Positions 29,215 through 49,595 of a DNA stretch of 64,000 bases are shown here, piece after piece. The position numbers and the translations under genes were made by a program. The DNA lies in NCBI RefSeq assembly GCF_009914755.1, contig NC_060940.1; one strand, given 5' to 3'. Origin of the DNA: the human T2T-CHM13v2.0 reference genome, Homo sapiens. Position 1 is the first letter of the stretch, and each line of letters starts with the position of its first letter. Below the pieces are notes generated by a model. It did no database searches and was not told where the DNA came from. It worked only from the letters and a program-made list of their open reading frames with translations.

Positions 29215-29480
29215 TAGAAATAACCACGTTGTTTTGGAATAATTTTAGATTTGCAGAAGTTGCAAAAATAGCACAGATAATTCCTATAGTTACCCTTCAT
29301 CCAGTTCCCCCTAATGTTAGCATCTTACATCACCATGGTACATTTGTCAAAAGAAATTAATATTAATATAACACTATTAACTATAGACTTTACTCAAATT
29401 TCATCAGTTTTTCCACCAATGTCCTTTTTTCCTGGATCCAAAATTTGATTTAGATACCAAATTGCATTTAATAGTTGATT
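29215..29480 (-). mobile_element. L1MC-type 3' UTR fragment
   Basis: ggaataattttagatttgcagaagttgcaaaaatagcacaga...cccctaatgttagcatcttac. Confidence 0.7.
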
Positions 29481-29702
29481 GTATTACTGTTTTTTAAATT
29501 CTCTACAGACAAGGCACCTATTGACTGCACCTGGCAGAACAAAGTGCTGGGATTACAGCCACGAGCCATTACACCTGGCCTATATTTCAGTATTTTCTAT
29601 TAGTTTTTGATGAATTTGTTTTGCCTGGCTAGGATTATTCTGTAGATAGGATTTTAGATCTGGCTTTTGTCACTGACTGCTGTAATAAATACTTGCTAGG
29701 AA

Positions 29703-29999
29703 TTTTTTTTTTTTTTTTTTTAAGACAAAGTCGCTCTGTCACACAGGCTGGAGTGCAGTGGCATGATCTTGGCTCACTGCACCTCCGCTTCCCAGATTCA
29801 AGTAGTTCTCGTGCCTCAGCCTCCTGAGTAGCTGGGATTACAGGTGTGTGCCACCATGTCTGGCTGATTTTTGTATTTTTAGTAGAGGTGGGGTTTCACC
29901 ATGTTGGCCAGGCTGGTCTCGAACTCCTGATCTCAAGTGATCTGCCTGCCTTGGTCTCCCAAAGTGCTGGGATTACAGGTGTGACCACCACGCCCTGCC
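29703..29999 (-). mobile_element. AluS
   Basis: Antisense Alu dimer. Confidence 0.95.
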
Positions 30000-31903
30000 T
30001 TAAGAATTGTTCCAAGAGAATCTGGTGCCACTTGCAGGTGCCCATTGAAGTGCAATGGGCACTGTTGATCACTGAGGAGGTAGTGGGTGCTGACCCGGTG
30101 CTGGGGCCTGTCCCCTAGTCTCTGCTTTGCCCTTGGCTAGCTAGGTGGTGTGCCAAGTGGGGAGAGAAGCTACCTTATTAAGGGGCATGGATCAGCTTCC
30201 TGAAAGGAGGGCCTGCCTCTGTAAGATGTGGGAAGTCGCTGAGAATGTTACAGAACGGCCCTAGAGATGGGGCAGATAACGGCCCCCATTTGTGAGAAGT
30301 GAGTTGGGAGGCATGTTTGGGGCCTCTGATGTTTGGGAGGCTGTGGGTAATTAACATGAGTTTTGGGGTCCAGCAGCAGAATTCAGGTTTCCTCTTCCAC
30401 TCAGTAACCTCAACATCCGTATCTGTAATGGGAATGATACAAAACCTATCCCCAAGTTGAGGGAAAAATGAGATTGTGTAAAGCGCACTTGGCACATGAC
30501 AGTCACAAGCATGGGGACAGTGAGTCCAGAAGGATTTTCTTATGCCAGCATTGTAAGCCCTAGGATCACAGGGCTCTGGCTTGTTTAACCATCGTGTCTC
30601 TGGTCCCTAGCCTGCAAACCTGGCGTGTAGGGATGCCTCAGTCGCTTACATGTTGATTGAGTGAATCGTCGGTTTCTTTCTGGACACTGACTTCAAAAAT
30701 AAAATAGGATATGAAAATGGCTCCATTTGTTGTCACCATTTTGTGGGGATCCTATGTCCTTTGAAGTGGTCAGGAGTGGGAGAAACGTGATAGGGGAAGA
30801 AGGAGTGGTGTGGCTGATGGATTTAACATGTGTTCTTTTATGTTGGCAAGGAAGCGGATGACCTTACCCCTTGTTCCTCAGATCCTGTAAATGGCTTTAT
30901 AACATGACCCAGGGCTGCTTGGTGTGGGACTAGACCCCAGGGTTTGAGGGTCTGAAGACAATTTAGGTTCGTGCTGGCAGGATGTCTTGGCTCAGAGACA
31001 AGTATTTCTGTGGGGTGATCCCAGCATCCTCCCAGCATACTGCTGCTGTTGCTAGGCAGAGACCCCGGAGTGGGGAGAGGGTGATAGCATCTGGATCATC
31101 CATTCCTACCTAGGTGGTTTTGGCTCATAGTAAAAGGGACCTCAGCACCTATCCGCTGCTCAGCCTCGGAGCTGCAGGTGTCAGGGATATCATGCACTGT
31201 CCAAAAAGACATGCAAAACTTAACACCCGTGCATTTTCATGGAGAGACCCCGTGGAGCCTCTGACCAGAGGCTGAAAGAAATGTGTCATTCAAAAGACCA
31301 GGGAACCACTGCCAAGGACCCCTACATTCAGCAACACATCTATACTCGTGCCTGCCACGTGTCCGCACTTAGAGGCCATTGTCTCACCTCAGGGTCAGGA
31401 GTGCCAGGTGAAAGAGCACACAGGTCTCTGGGCAAGGCAGAGTTTGAAGCTAGGTCTGGACCAACGTCTGAGAGTATGACTTCACCCCAGGCGAGGAAGT
31501 TCACTTTGAGCTCCTGGCCAGGGAGAAAGCAAGCTCTGGGAGACCTAAACTCTGAATCTCACTTGGCTTTTCAGTCTAATCCGTTGTTGCCAAAGACATA
31601 CTTGGCAATCCCGAATCCTCAGAGGGCTCCATACGTGCTGCGCTTCAGCCTTCGCTCACGGTTCATCCCACCTGGAATGCCTTTTTCTCTCCAAAGATGT
31701 TCCCAAGAGCCAAGTTAAATGTCACTTCCATTTATCTTCCTCCAAAAGGAACATGTGTTTTACTTCATCTTTCTCCTAAAAATGTGGATGCCTTAATGAG
31801 ACTAATAATGGTTGTTAGTGCTTGCCAGGCGTGGAGCTAAGAGTGTTACATATATTATTTAATCTGAGCAATCCTGCATCATGGGTACTATTACCAGCTC
31901 CAG

Positions 31904-32163
31904 TTTTTTTGAGACGGAGTCCGTTTTGTCGCCCAGGCTGGAGTGCAGTGGCATGAGTTCAAGCGATTCTTATGCTCCAGCCTTCTGAGTGGCTGGGACT
32001 ACCAGCACACATCACCACGCCCGGCTAATTTTTTTTGTATTTTAGTAGAGACAGGGTTTCGCCGTGTTGGCCAGGCTGGTCTTGAACTCCCGTCCTCAGG
32101 TGACCTGCCCGCCTCAGCCTCCCAAAGTCCTGGAATTACAGGCGTGAGCCACTGCGCCTGGCC
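31904..32163 (-). mobile_element. AluS with ~30-nt internal deletion, inside MIR
   Basis: TSD cagctccagtt. Confidence 0.93.
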
Positions 32164-32579
32164 CAGCTCCAGTTGTTCAGGTGAAAAAGATGAGGCACAG
32201 AATTGGAAAGCCATTTGTCCAAGAGGCTAAGAAGTGGTCACGTGAGCATTTAAATGTTTTTAAGCCTCAGCCTACTCCTCTCCAGGCCCTTAGCGTGTTT
32301 CGTCCTGCGTTTTCCTGGTCTTTCCCAGTGTTTATTAGATGTCTATAGTGTCCAGACAATGTTAGGCAGACGGGACACAAGGGTGCACAAACAAACAGTC
32401 TGTGCCCTTATTGGAACCTGTTAATCCCTAAAGGGCTAAGCCTCCCTACAGCAAGAACCCTGTTAGTCACCTGTGTATCCCCAGCATCTCGACTCTCCAC
32501 GGGCATGGCACTATGCTGTAAAAAAAATAATCCCTGACCCTCATGGCTATGGGAAAGCATGCCTTTTAAAGCATAATCC

Positions 32580-32991
<412 letters not shown>

Positions 32992-33013
32992 CTACACCTA
33001 TCCCCCACCTGGC

Positions 33014-33135
33014 TTTTTTTTTTCTTTTCCTTGAGACAGTCTGGCCCTGTGAGCTGAGGTTGCACCACTGCACTCCAGCCTGGGCAGCAGAGCAAGACTC
33101 CATCTCTCAAAAAAACAAAAAACAAAAAAACAAAA
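33014..33135. mobile_element. Fused 3' ends of two oppositely oriented Alus
   Basis: T-tail+gagacagtctggccctgt joined to gtgagctgaggttgcaccactgcactccagcc...A-tail. Confidence 0.85.
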
Positions 33136-33706
33136 TGGGGTTAAGAGAATGGGCTTTGGAATCTAGTGGCTTCACTGGTTGCTTGCTGTGTGATCTCGGG
33201 CCACTTGCTGTGCCTCTGTGCGTCAGTTTCCTTGTCTTTAGTAGAGAGATGATAGTAACATTTCCTGTAGTGGTTGTGAAGATTATACATAATGTTTGTA
33301 ACCTGCTGGAGTGGTCATTAGAGCTGTTCACCAAATATTCAGATTCTCCCCGGTTGGCACATGGTGGGAGTGCCTTGTCCATGTGACTAACTGGCCAGTC
33401 AGCTGGGAGCAGAAGTGCCTCCTTCAGGCGGGGGCCTTTAGTGGCTGGCAGGAGACCTCTATGGCTCCTCTTTCTTTTTTTTTTTTTTAATTAATTTTTT
33501 TTATTATACTTTAAGTTTTAGGGTACATGTGCACAACGTGCAGGTTCGTTACATATGTATACATGTGCCATGTTGGTGTGCTGCACCCAGTAACTCGTCA
33601 TTTACATTAGGTATATCTCCAAATGCTATCCCTCCCCCCTCCCCCCACCCCACAACATTCCCCAGAGTGTGATGTTCCCCTTCCTGTGTCCATGTGTTCT
33701 CATTGT

Positions 33707-35319
<1,613 letters not shown>

Positions 35320-35563
35320 TAAGCAACTGCAATTTGGCGTTTTTATAACCTAACGTATCTTGACTGATACAAATGCTTAGAGCAACCTCTGATATTTAGT
35401 AAGGGCTTATTCAGTGGCAGAATAGAAAAGAATGGGATCTAGAGTAATAAAAGGGATTAGCCTTCTCTTTGTCAGTTAGGGATGTCAAGAGATTATCTGT
35501 AGCACCCTCTGCTGTCAACATGCCTGTCTTCCATGACCAGCCTGTACCCCCCTCCCTCCACAT

Positions 35564-35829
35564 GTTTTTGTTTTTCCCAGACAGGGTCTCACTCTGTCAC
35601 CCAGGCTGGAGTGCAAATCGACCTCCTGGGTTCAAGCGATCCTCCTGCCTCACTCTCCCTAGTAGCCGGGACTACAGGCATGTACCACCATGCCTAATTT
35701 TTTATTTTTTGTGGAGATGGGACCTCACTATTTTGCCTAGGCTGGTCTCAAACTCCTGGGCTCAAGCAATTCTCCTGCCTCTACCTTCCAAAGTGCTGGG
35801 ATTATAGGTGTGAGCCATTGTGCCCAGCC
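35564..35829 (-). mobile_element. AluJ with internal deletion
   Basis: gacagggtctcactctg, ctcctgggctcaagcaat. Confidence 0.9.
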
Positions 35830-36017
35830 ACATGGTTCTTCAATACTCACCCCCACCCCAAACCCTCTGACACATGCGTTTAGTCCTGGGGTGGGGCACC
35901 TGACTCAACCCAGGTTGAAGATACTTTAGGATATTTTGAACCTGGGAGATGTGAGGGTTGTCTCTTTAAAATGGTGGAAATTATGAGATATTTGGGAACG
36001 GCACTACTGATCCTCCT

Positions 36018-36228
36018 AATTTATTTTTAATTTTTTTTTTAGGCCGAGGCGGGTGGATCACCTGAGGTCAAGAGTTCGAGACTAGCCTGGCCAATATGGT
36101 GAAACCTTGTCTGTACTAAAACTACAAAAATTAGCAGGGTGGGGTGGCAGGCGCCTGTAATCCGAGCTACTCAGGAGACTGGGACTACAGGTGCTCACCA
36201 CCGCGCTTGGCTAATTTTTGTATTTTTA
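36018..36228. mobile_element. Rearranged Alu composite (poly-T + sense internal piece + antisense piece)
   Basis: T-tract to 36040; sense 36041-36178; antisense 36179-36228. Confidence 0.85.
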
Positions 36229-36265
36229 CAAAGCTTTAAATAAAAATTGCTTAAAGCTGAAAATT

Positions 36266-36567
36266 GGGTGGGCGCAGTGGCTCACGCCTATAATCCTACC
36301 ACTTTGGGAGGCTGAGGTGGACAGATCACTTGAGCCCAGGAGTTCGAGATCAGCTTGGGCAACGTGATGAAATACGATCTCTACAAAAAATACAAAAATT
36401 AGCCAAGCATAGAGGTACACACCTGTAGTCCCAGATACTCCACTGAGGTGGGAGGATCACCTGAGCCGGGGGAGGTTGAGGGTGCAGTGAGGTGCGATCG
36501 CGCCAATGCACTCCAGCCTGGGTGACAGAGTGAGATACTGTCTCAAAAAACATAAAAATAAAAAATA
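36266..36567 (+). mobile_element. AluJ
   Basis: TSD aaagctgaaaa. Confidence 0.93.
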
Positions 36568-36834
36568 AAAGCTGAAAAATTTATATTTAATATTTTGAAA
36601 ACTTAAATCTTATTGCATATTATTATTAAATAACTTTCCAGTTCTAGTGTTCAATGTCAGTCTAATTGCTCATCTAAAGGACTGATATTGCAACATACAT
36701 TTTGTGTCTCGATCTTATATACAAATTAGAGAGTGATACAAATTGTTTAAATGGCTAAATGTTCCTCAGCTACAGTGAGTAGCCATATTGGTCTCTTTTA
36801 AAAATTTTTATTATTTTTATTTAAACAAAGTTTT

Positions 36835-36954
36835 AATTTTTTTTTGTAGAGACAGGGTCTCATTATGTTGCCCAGGCTGGTCAGCCACAAGTGATCCTTC
36901 TGCCTCAGTCTCCCAAAGTTCTGGGATTATAGGCATGAACTAACACGCCTGACC
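36835..36954 (-). mobile_element. Alu left monomer (FLAM-like)
   Basis: ttgtagagacagggtctc...ctcccaaagttctgggattataggcatgaac. Confidence 0.85.
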
Positions 36955-37231
36955 CAGATTACTCTCTAACTCATGAGTATGTCTGGAGGCGCAATTTGGA
37001 ACATGAAGAGAAACAGAAAAATGGACTCTCAGTACTTCTGAGAAATGATACTTGTTATACAAGAATCTACTGCATTCAGCCTCCCTGAGAAGAGGAATTT
37101 AAGAATTAATTTCTGCTTCCTCTTACTTAAGTGTTTCAACACTCAAGTCCTTTGCATACTCTGAAGCAATGTGTGTCTCCAACATTGGGAGCAGCTGCAA
37201 CCCACAAACCTTCTTGACATAAAATAGTTGC

Positions 37232-37522
37232 ATTCATTCATTCATTTATTTGCTCTGCCGCACAGGCTGGAATGGCAGTGGTACGATCTTAGCTTACCGC
37301 AACCTCCACCTCCCTGGTTCAAGCCATTCTCCTGCCTCAGCTTCCCGAGTAGCTGGGATTACAGGTGCGCACCACCATGCCCGGCTAATTTTTGTATTTT
37401 TTAGTAGAGACGGGGTTTCACCATGTTGGCCAGGCTGGTCTCAAACTCCTGACCTCAACTGATCTGCCTGCCTCGGCCTCCCAAAGTGCTGGGATTACAG
37501 GCGTGAGCCACCACACCTGGCC
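37232..37522 (-). mobile_element. AluS
   Basis: Antisense Alu; TSD atagttgc. Confidence 0.93.
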
Positions 37523-37542
37523 ATAGTTGCCTTTTGTTTTGA

Positions 37543-37872
<330 letters not shown>

Positions 37873-38011
37873 TGAGACATACTTTGGGGCCTGAACAGTG
37901 TTTGTTATGAAATGGATGTTTAGGGCTGCAGATTGTGCTGAGCCAGTACTGAACATAAGATCCTGAGTGGACAGGAACACCTTTGTGGTCATTAGTGAAT
38001 CTGTTTTTAAG

Positions 38012-38323
38012 AGCTGGGAGTGGTGGCTAACACCTGTAATCCCAGCATTGTGGGAGGCTAGGGTGGGATGATCACTTGAGGCCGGAGTTTGAGAGCAGCC
38101 TGGGTAACAAAACAAGACTCTGTCTCTACAAAAAAGGAAAAAATTAGCTGGGTGTGGTGGCATGAGTCTATAGTCCCAGCTACTCAGGAGGCTGAGGTGG
38201 GAGGATCGCTTGAGCCTAGGAGGTCAAGGCTGTAGTGAGTTATGTTTGTGCCACTGCACTCCAGCCTATTTGAGACAGATAATGTGTCTCAAAAAAAAAA
38301 AAAAGAAAAAAAAAGAAAAAAAA
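38012..38323 (+). mobile_element. AluJ
   Basis: ggaggatcgcttgagcctaggaggtcaaggctgtagtgag. Confidence 0.93.
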
Positions 38324-38328
38324 CTCTT

Positions 38329-38673
<345 letters not shown>

Positions 38674-38945
38674 TCATACATTTGTGAGATGGAGAGCCAA
38701 TCTTGCTAGGAACTGAGGGGGTTACTGGCTGCAAGGGAGATGGGGAAAACAAGTCCTGGCCTCCACCTAGGGGATCTATAGACTCACAGTGCAGGAATTT
38801 CCCCGGAGACAGAGGAGCGCTTTAAAGGTACTGTGCGGCCCAAAATGGTGGAGTAGGGAATTCCAGGGCTCCATCCCTCCCCCAACACAACTAATAAGGT
38901 GGCAAAAACTGTCAGAATCAACTTCTGAAGTACTCTGGGATCTAG

Positions 38946-39231
38946 CTTTTTGTTAGCTTTCATTTTTTTGAGATGGGGTCTCACTCTGTCCCCCAGACTG
39001 GAGTGCCACTGTGCAATCTCAGCCCACTGCAGCCTTGACCTCCCGCCTCAGCCTCAGAGTAGGTGGGATCACGGGCGCAAGCCACCATGCCAGGCTAATT
39101 TTTGTATTTTTTGTAGAGACAGGGTTTTACAATGTTGCCCAGGCTGGTATTGAACTCCTGAGTTCAAGCAATTCACCAGCCTCAGCCTCCCAAAGTGCTG
39201 GGATTACAGGCTTGAGCCACCGCACCCAGCC
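38946..39231 (-). mobile_element. AluJ
   Basis: TSD-like tctagctttt/tctagttttt. Confidence 0.92.
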
Positions 39232-39236
39232 TTCTA

Positions 39237-39725
<489 letters not shown>

Positions 39726-39775
39726 CTAGCGTAGGGGGAGTACACAGAATTTACTCTCAAAGAATTGTGGTTGTA

Positions 39776-40070
<295 letters not shown>

Positions 40071-40398
40071 AAATTTGGGGTTATAGGTCTGACGACTTCC
40101 CCAAGGACTAGCAGAAAGGTTTCTGAGCTTTTTAACCAGGGCATTTTCAGGGCTGGCATGGCTTCCCAGGTGGCTTTAGACAAAAGCATTGAAAGACATA
40201 GGTATTGGCCTCAATACCCTGGGGCAGGGGACAACACTTGGGACAAGCAATAGACAGACCGAGCAGCCTGGGAAGGAAAAGTTTGGAAAAAGAGATGTGT
40301 GTCTGTAGAGGCTTTTAAAAGTGTCTACATAAACCAGGAAATCAAGAAAGCTGTGTGCAGGCCCATAGTCAGTTGCAAGCTCAGAAAAGGCCTAAGAA

Positions 40399-40671
40399 AC
40401 TTTGTGAGGCCAAGGCGGTTGGATCACCTGAGGTCAGGAGTTTGAGACCAGCCTGGCCAACATGGTGAAATCTTGCCTTTACTAAAAATACAAAAATTAG
40501 CCAGGCATAGTGGCACACACCTGTAATCCCAGCTACCCGGGAGGCTGAGGCAGAAAATCACTTTACCTGGGAGGTGGAGGTTACAGTGAGCTGAGATTGT
40601 GCCACTGCACTCCAGCCTGGGTGACAGAGTGAGATTCTGTCTCAAAACAAAACAAAACAAAAACAAGCAAA
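40399..40671 (+). mobile_element. AluS, ~35 nt 5'-truncated
   Basis: TSD agaaaaggcctaagaa at 40383-40398 and 40672-40687. Confidence 0.95.
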
Positions 40672-40825
40672 AGAAAAGGCCTAAGAAGACCCTGGGCTTT
40701 CATCTCTTTCTGGCCTTCAGTCTCTGTGCAAGCAGGAAGTGAAGGCTAAGGCAGAGTATAAATGGCTTGGTTAAGGGTTGAGAGAGTGCCCCAAACAGAT
40801 CCAATTTGCAAAGACTAGGATAGTG

Positions 40826-41000
40826 TTTTTCTTTTCTTCCTTCCTCCCTCCCTCCCTCCCTTCTTTCCTTTCTTCCTTCCTTCCCTCCTTCCTTCCTTTC
40901 TCTCCTTTCTGCCTGCCTGCTTTCTTTCTCTCTCTCTTTCTCTGTCTTTCTCTTTATTTCTCCTGTTTTCTTGTTTCTTTCCTTTTATTCTTCTTTATTT
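40826..41000. repeat. (TTCC)n/(CT)n polypyrimidine tract
   Basis: ttccttcctccctccctccc...ctctctctttctc. Confidence 0.9.
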
Positions 41001-41247
41001 GTTGGCTTCAGCCATTTTAGGTAGCTCTCAAAATACCAGCTGACTGACAAGCAAAAAGAACAGAAACAAACAAAAAGAACAGAACAGAAAAAAAAAAAAA
41101 AAAACCAGAAACAGAAACACAAAGAATACAGACTTTACAATAATAGTTTGGAAAATTTACCAAACAAGCAAACCACAGCAACCCACGATATACAGCAACA
41201 ATAGACCCTGGGGAGGGAGGAGAATCTGATTTTCAGTGTTGCCATAA

Positions 41248-41664
<417 letters not shown>

Positions 41665-41687
41665 CAGCAATGACTTTTAAAAAAAAT

Positions 41688-42268
<581 letters not shown>

Positions 42269-42610
42269 TGAGAGCCAGCAGGGCAGTGGGCCAGTGAGAT
42301 GTTGAGTTATTACTATTATTAATTCAAATCACATGAATAGCAAACCCTCAGAGAACAAGAAGTCTTTGTTGTATCACAAGGGCTCCATCAGCAGAGGTGG
42401 AGTCCTGAACTCGGCACAGTGTCTGGCATATACTAGGTCTTCAAGAAAGTTTTAGAGTAAACAAATGCATCCACAATGCTTTTATGTTGGGTAAGGTCTT
42501 TCTAGCAGTCAAAATTTTCTTTCTTTCTTTCTTTTTTTTTTTTTTTCCTCCTTGTGATGGGGTTTGCGGGAATGGGAACAATGGCATAGAGGAAGAGGAA
42601 ACCAAAATTA

Positions 42611-43382
<772 letters not shown>

Positions 43383-44002
43383 TTAAAAAAAAAAAAAAAA
43401 GAGTCGTGTCTTTGGGACTGAGTGGATGGGCATGTGTTCTGAGTTAGTGTGCCCAGGTGTGGTGAAAGACACGGAGAAACCACTGCTTGATGCGTTCTCT
43501 TTTGTTGTTCAAGTTGTGGGCTGCTGTGGGGTGGGGTTACATGTCTGCATCCCCTTCGAAAAGCACACAATATGGCAAGTGGAAGCTGGAGAGAGCTCCT
43601 AGGAGTGCCTCGTGCCAGGTGAAGAGGTTGCATTGCGGGTGGTGGGTAGGTGCCTAGGGAGAGGAGGTCCACGCCTGTTGTCCTTCCAGCACGATGGCTC
43701 CAAAAGCAGAGCGAAGAGGTGATGTTCCCACTTCCCAAGGCATCCAAGGGACGGGGCTTGAAGAATGCAGCCTAGCAACCATGTGCGTAAGACTGTGGGG
43801 AAGGAGGGCTTGAGGATGAGCCTGAGAGTCAACTGGACTGTGGGGAAATAGTGTAGCCTTCTTTCCTTTGAGCTTCAGTTATCTCGCCTGTGGTGATGAT
43901 GACGATGATGATAAAGATGATACCATACTTCTATGGCACATACTATGTTCCAGATATTGTTCATATAACTCATCTAATTTTCATAGCAGTTTTACAAGAT
44001 GA

Positions 44003-44308
<306 letters not shown>

Positions 44309-44642
44309 AAGATGGGTACTATTTTTATACCTATTTTATAGAAGAGGAAACTGAGGCATAGAGAAGTCAAGTCACTTGATCATACAGCTAGTGTGTGGAG
44401 GAGGCAGATTCAAACCCTGGCTTCGGTCTTAGTCACTGCATTGGCTTCATGGGCTTATCATGAGGATTAAACGCGTGAACATGCTCAGTGTTTAGTTCAG
44501 TGTCTGGCACAGGATCAATGTTCAGAAAATCCTAACAGCTGCTGTCAGTATCAGAACCCAAACAAACAGGTGGGACTTTCGCCAACTCTCTAACATCACA
44601 TGTGCTTGTATAATCAGCCACTGTTTTTTTCATGAAAAAAAA

Positions 44643-45278
<636 letters not shown>

Positions 45279-45451
45279 TTAATCAATCACTTTTAAAGGA
45301 GAGTGGGGAACATCATGTTTTGCAACTATTTTTTGAACTCTTGGATATTTACTTGGAACAAATAAAAACACTTTTGTACCATGTGAAAGGTAAAATTTGC
45401 TCAAGCCGTCCCTCATCCTGCCCTGGCCTGCTTCCACATGCGGCTGGGTGA

Positions 45452-45793
<342 letters not shown>

Positions 45794-46395
45794 CATTCTC
45801 AGCTTCTTGATGGCTTCCCCCTACTGGGACATTGATCACTTATTCATGACATTGACTGGTCATGAGCCACTCCTCCGCCAGCCCTTGGAGGATCCAAGTG
45901 ATTCACAAATGGACACAAGGAATATGATTAGTCCTCTGTGAGTGATTCTGAGGGGCCGTGGTATAGAGAGAGAGAGGGGAAGGAGGATGGGAAAATGCCG
46001 GCAGTTCCCTCCCCAACCCATTCTGACAGTTTGCTGGTTAGAGAAAAATCCCCATGTCAGAGAATTTTTTTCTTTGTTTATTTCCTGTGAAATAGAATGT
46101 GGGTCTGGCATTGGGGAGGACTCTAGTAATTCATATTTTCTGCTTATTTGGCTCCTGGCTGAACAGGAATTTACATTACTTAATGTCTGGGTTTTTCCTG
46201 GGGAATCAAAATAAGTTTTCTATTCAATTATTAAGCAAATTTCACAGCCAAATAATCCTCTTATTTTTACAAGTGGTATTTTCCCTGGCAGAGGGTTTTC
46301 TGGCTTCTCTGGGTACTTGATCCGTCTCCTCTCTTCTGTTTCCTCTGTCTTTGTCTGGCTATGAAGGAAGCTAAAGCCCCTCATTCATGGATTAG

Positions 46396-46785
<390 letters not shown>

Positions 46786-47069
46786 TAGAGATAAATCTTA
46801 ATGTCCGCCAGCCATGGGGTAAGAGTCCACTCCCTCTTTCTGCTCTTCAGTCTATTGACTTTGGGCACAGGCACAGCTGCAGCTCTAGTAGGGGTTGGGC
46901 CTGGAGTCAGTGGAGACAAAATGTGAAGGTAACAGGACAGTGCACGGGGCCCAGTGTGCTCTGCCTGGGCTGCTCAGGGAAGAAAAATCACACACACACA
47001 CACAAATAACAACCCTTTTTTTGGCAGAAGTATAGTGAAAGATCTCTACGTCTTGGCCAGCATTTGTTA

Positions 47070-47508
<439 letters not shown>

Positions 47509-47949
47509 TCAACCTAAGTGTCCATCAGTGGATGAGTAGATAAAGAAAATGTGATACACATACACCAATGTGGTATATATACTCTTCAGCCTTAACCCAT
47601 CTCCATAAAATTAAGGAAACAAAGAAGGAAGTCCTGTTATTGGTGACAACGTGGATGAACCTGGAAGACATTATGTTAAGTGAAATAAATCAGGCACAGA
47701 AAGACAAATACCACATGATCTCACTTATATGTGGAATCTAAAAAAGTTGAACTCACTGAAGTAGAGAGTAGAATGGTGGTTACCAGAAGCAAGGTGAGGG
47801 TGTCTGTGAGAGGGTTGGGGAGACATTGGTCAAAAGATAAAAAATTTCAATTAGCCAGGAGGAAAAAGTTCAAGAGGTCTATTGTGACTAGTTAATAAAA
47901 GTGTTCTAACCACAAAAATGATCCATATACAAGGTAACATATATGTTAA

Positions 47950-48333
<384 letters not shown>

Positions 48334-48334
48334 T

Positions 48335-48470
48335 AAAGTGAACCTCCTGTAGACAGAGTACAGTTGGATCTTGTTTTTTCAACCTATTCACCTACTCTAT
48401 GTCTTCTAATTGGGGAATTTAATTCATTTATACTTAAAGTAATTATTGATAGATAATTTACTTAGTAGAA
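48335..48470 (-). mobile_element. Old L1 ORF2 endonuclease-start fragment
   Basis: tgtagacagagtacagttggatcttgttttttc...aagtaattattgatag. Confidence 0.75.
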
Positions 48471-49429
48471 GTATAACTTTGAGCCTGTTATTTACCTTTT
48501 CTAAATGAGTTTTCATTTCTGTGAAATGGGCACAATTAAAGAGGCCGCCTCCTGGGACTGGGGTCAGGATTAGTTGAGATAGTCTGTGTAAGGCTAGGAT
48601 GGTGCTTGACAGCCAGTGTTAATTATTATTTTTTGATCCTGTGGGATAGGGCAACCCAGATACTCCGGTGGGAAACACTTGCAACCAGAGAACCTTGACT
48701 CAAAATCTTGGTCCTACTTGGTTTGAAGGATCCCATTGCATTTGCATTGCTGCCCCTTCTGAGAGGTTATTCACACTGATAAACCCCATTTTGCAACTTA
48801 CACGTGCAGGATTCAGCTAATTGGACAGCAGTGGACACTGAACCTAAGGTGAAAAATCCAACAAATAGAGAGGACCAACTGAAAAATTCAGTTGCTTTCT
48901 TTTGAAGAATCTGAATACGAGACACAGAGAAAGGATTAGTAGTCAGTATTGAGGGCAGAAACAGAAACACAGAGAAGGAAAGTTATAAGAGGAAGCTTTG
49001 AGTCAGCAGAAGCTATGGGTGAATAGGAGCCATGAATTGACAGGAATTATGAGTCAGCAGAAACTTGAGTCGTGGCAAGAGCCACAAGTCAGCAGAAACT
49101 ATGAGATAGAGAGTAGCATGGAGATAGCAGAGGAATAGGCCAAGACCCGGAGATGCTGCGTCACCATCTTGGTGGAGCCTAGAGGGCAGAGCTAGGATGG
49201 TCCCCTGAATTACAGAGCTGCTGTCAGTGATGAGTGTAACCTGAAGATGTTCCAGCCTCTGGCAGCCCTGACTGGGTGGTGAGACTTTGGCCTTCCAGCT
49301 TTCATAAAGTAAACTGAGAATATTTCTGTTTCTGGCCAACTTACAAGAATCTGACTGACACACTACCCATATCAAACTCCTCTGAGACTCAGTTTTCTTG
49401 CCTGTGAAATGGGGACAGCTAAATATACA

Positions 49430-49595
49430 AGTTGAATGGGTTGAGAAAACAAGATCCAATTATATTCTGTCTACAAGAGACTCATTTTACTTTTTAATTA
49501 CAAATAAAAATTATATGTATATATGATATTTTGATATATGTATACAGCATGGAATGGCTAAATCAAGCTAATTAACATATATGTTACCTTGTATA
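49430..49595 (-). repeat. Inverted copy of 47926-48393 (without the Alu)
   Basis: Reverse complement matches L1MA tail + junction + old L1 fragment; first 31 nt identical. Confidence 0.85.

Noticed and set aside
31239-31718. 159-aa ATG ORF
   Set aside because: No recognisable homology; 3' part overlaps L2-like sequence; length plausible by chance
46030-46300. NF-kB-like site cluster
   Set aside because: All sites imperfect and expected by chance
48999-49105. Spaced short repeats as a CRISPR-like array
   Set aside because: Only three degenerate ~15-bp units, uneven spacing, no cas genes, human context
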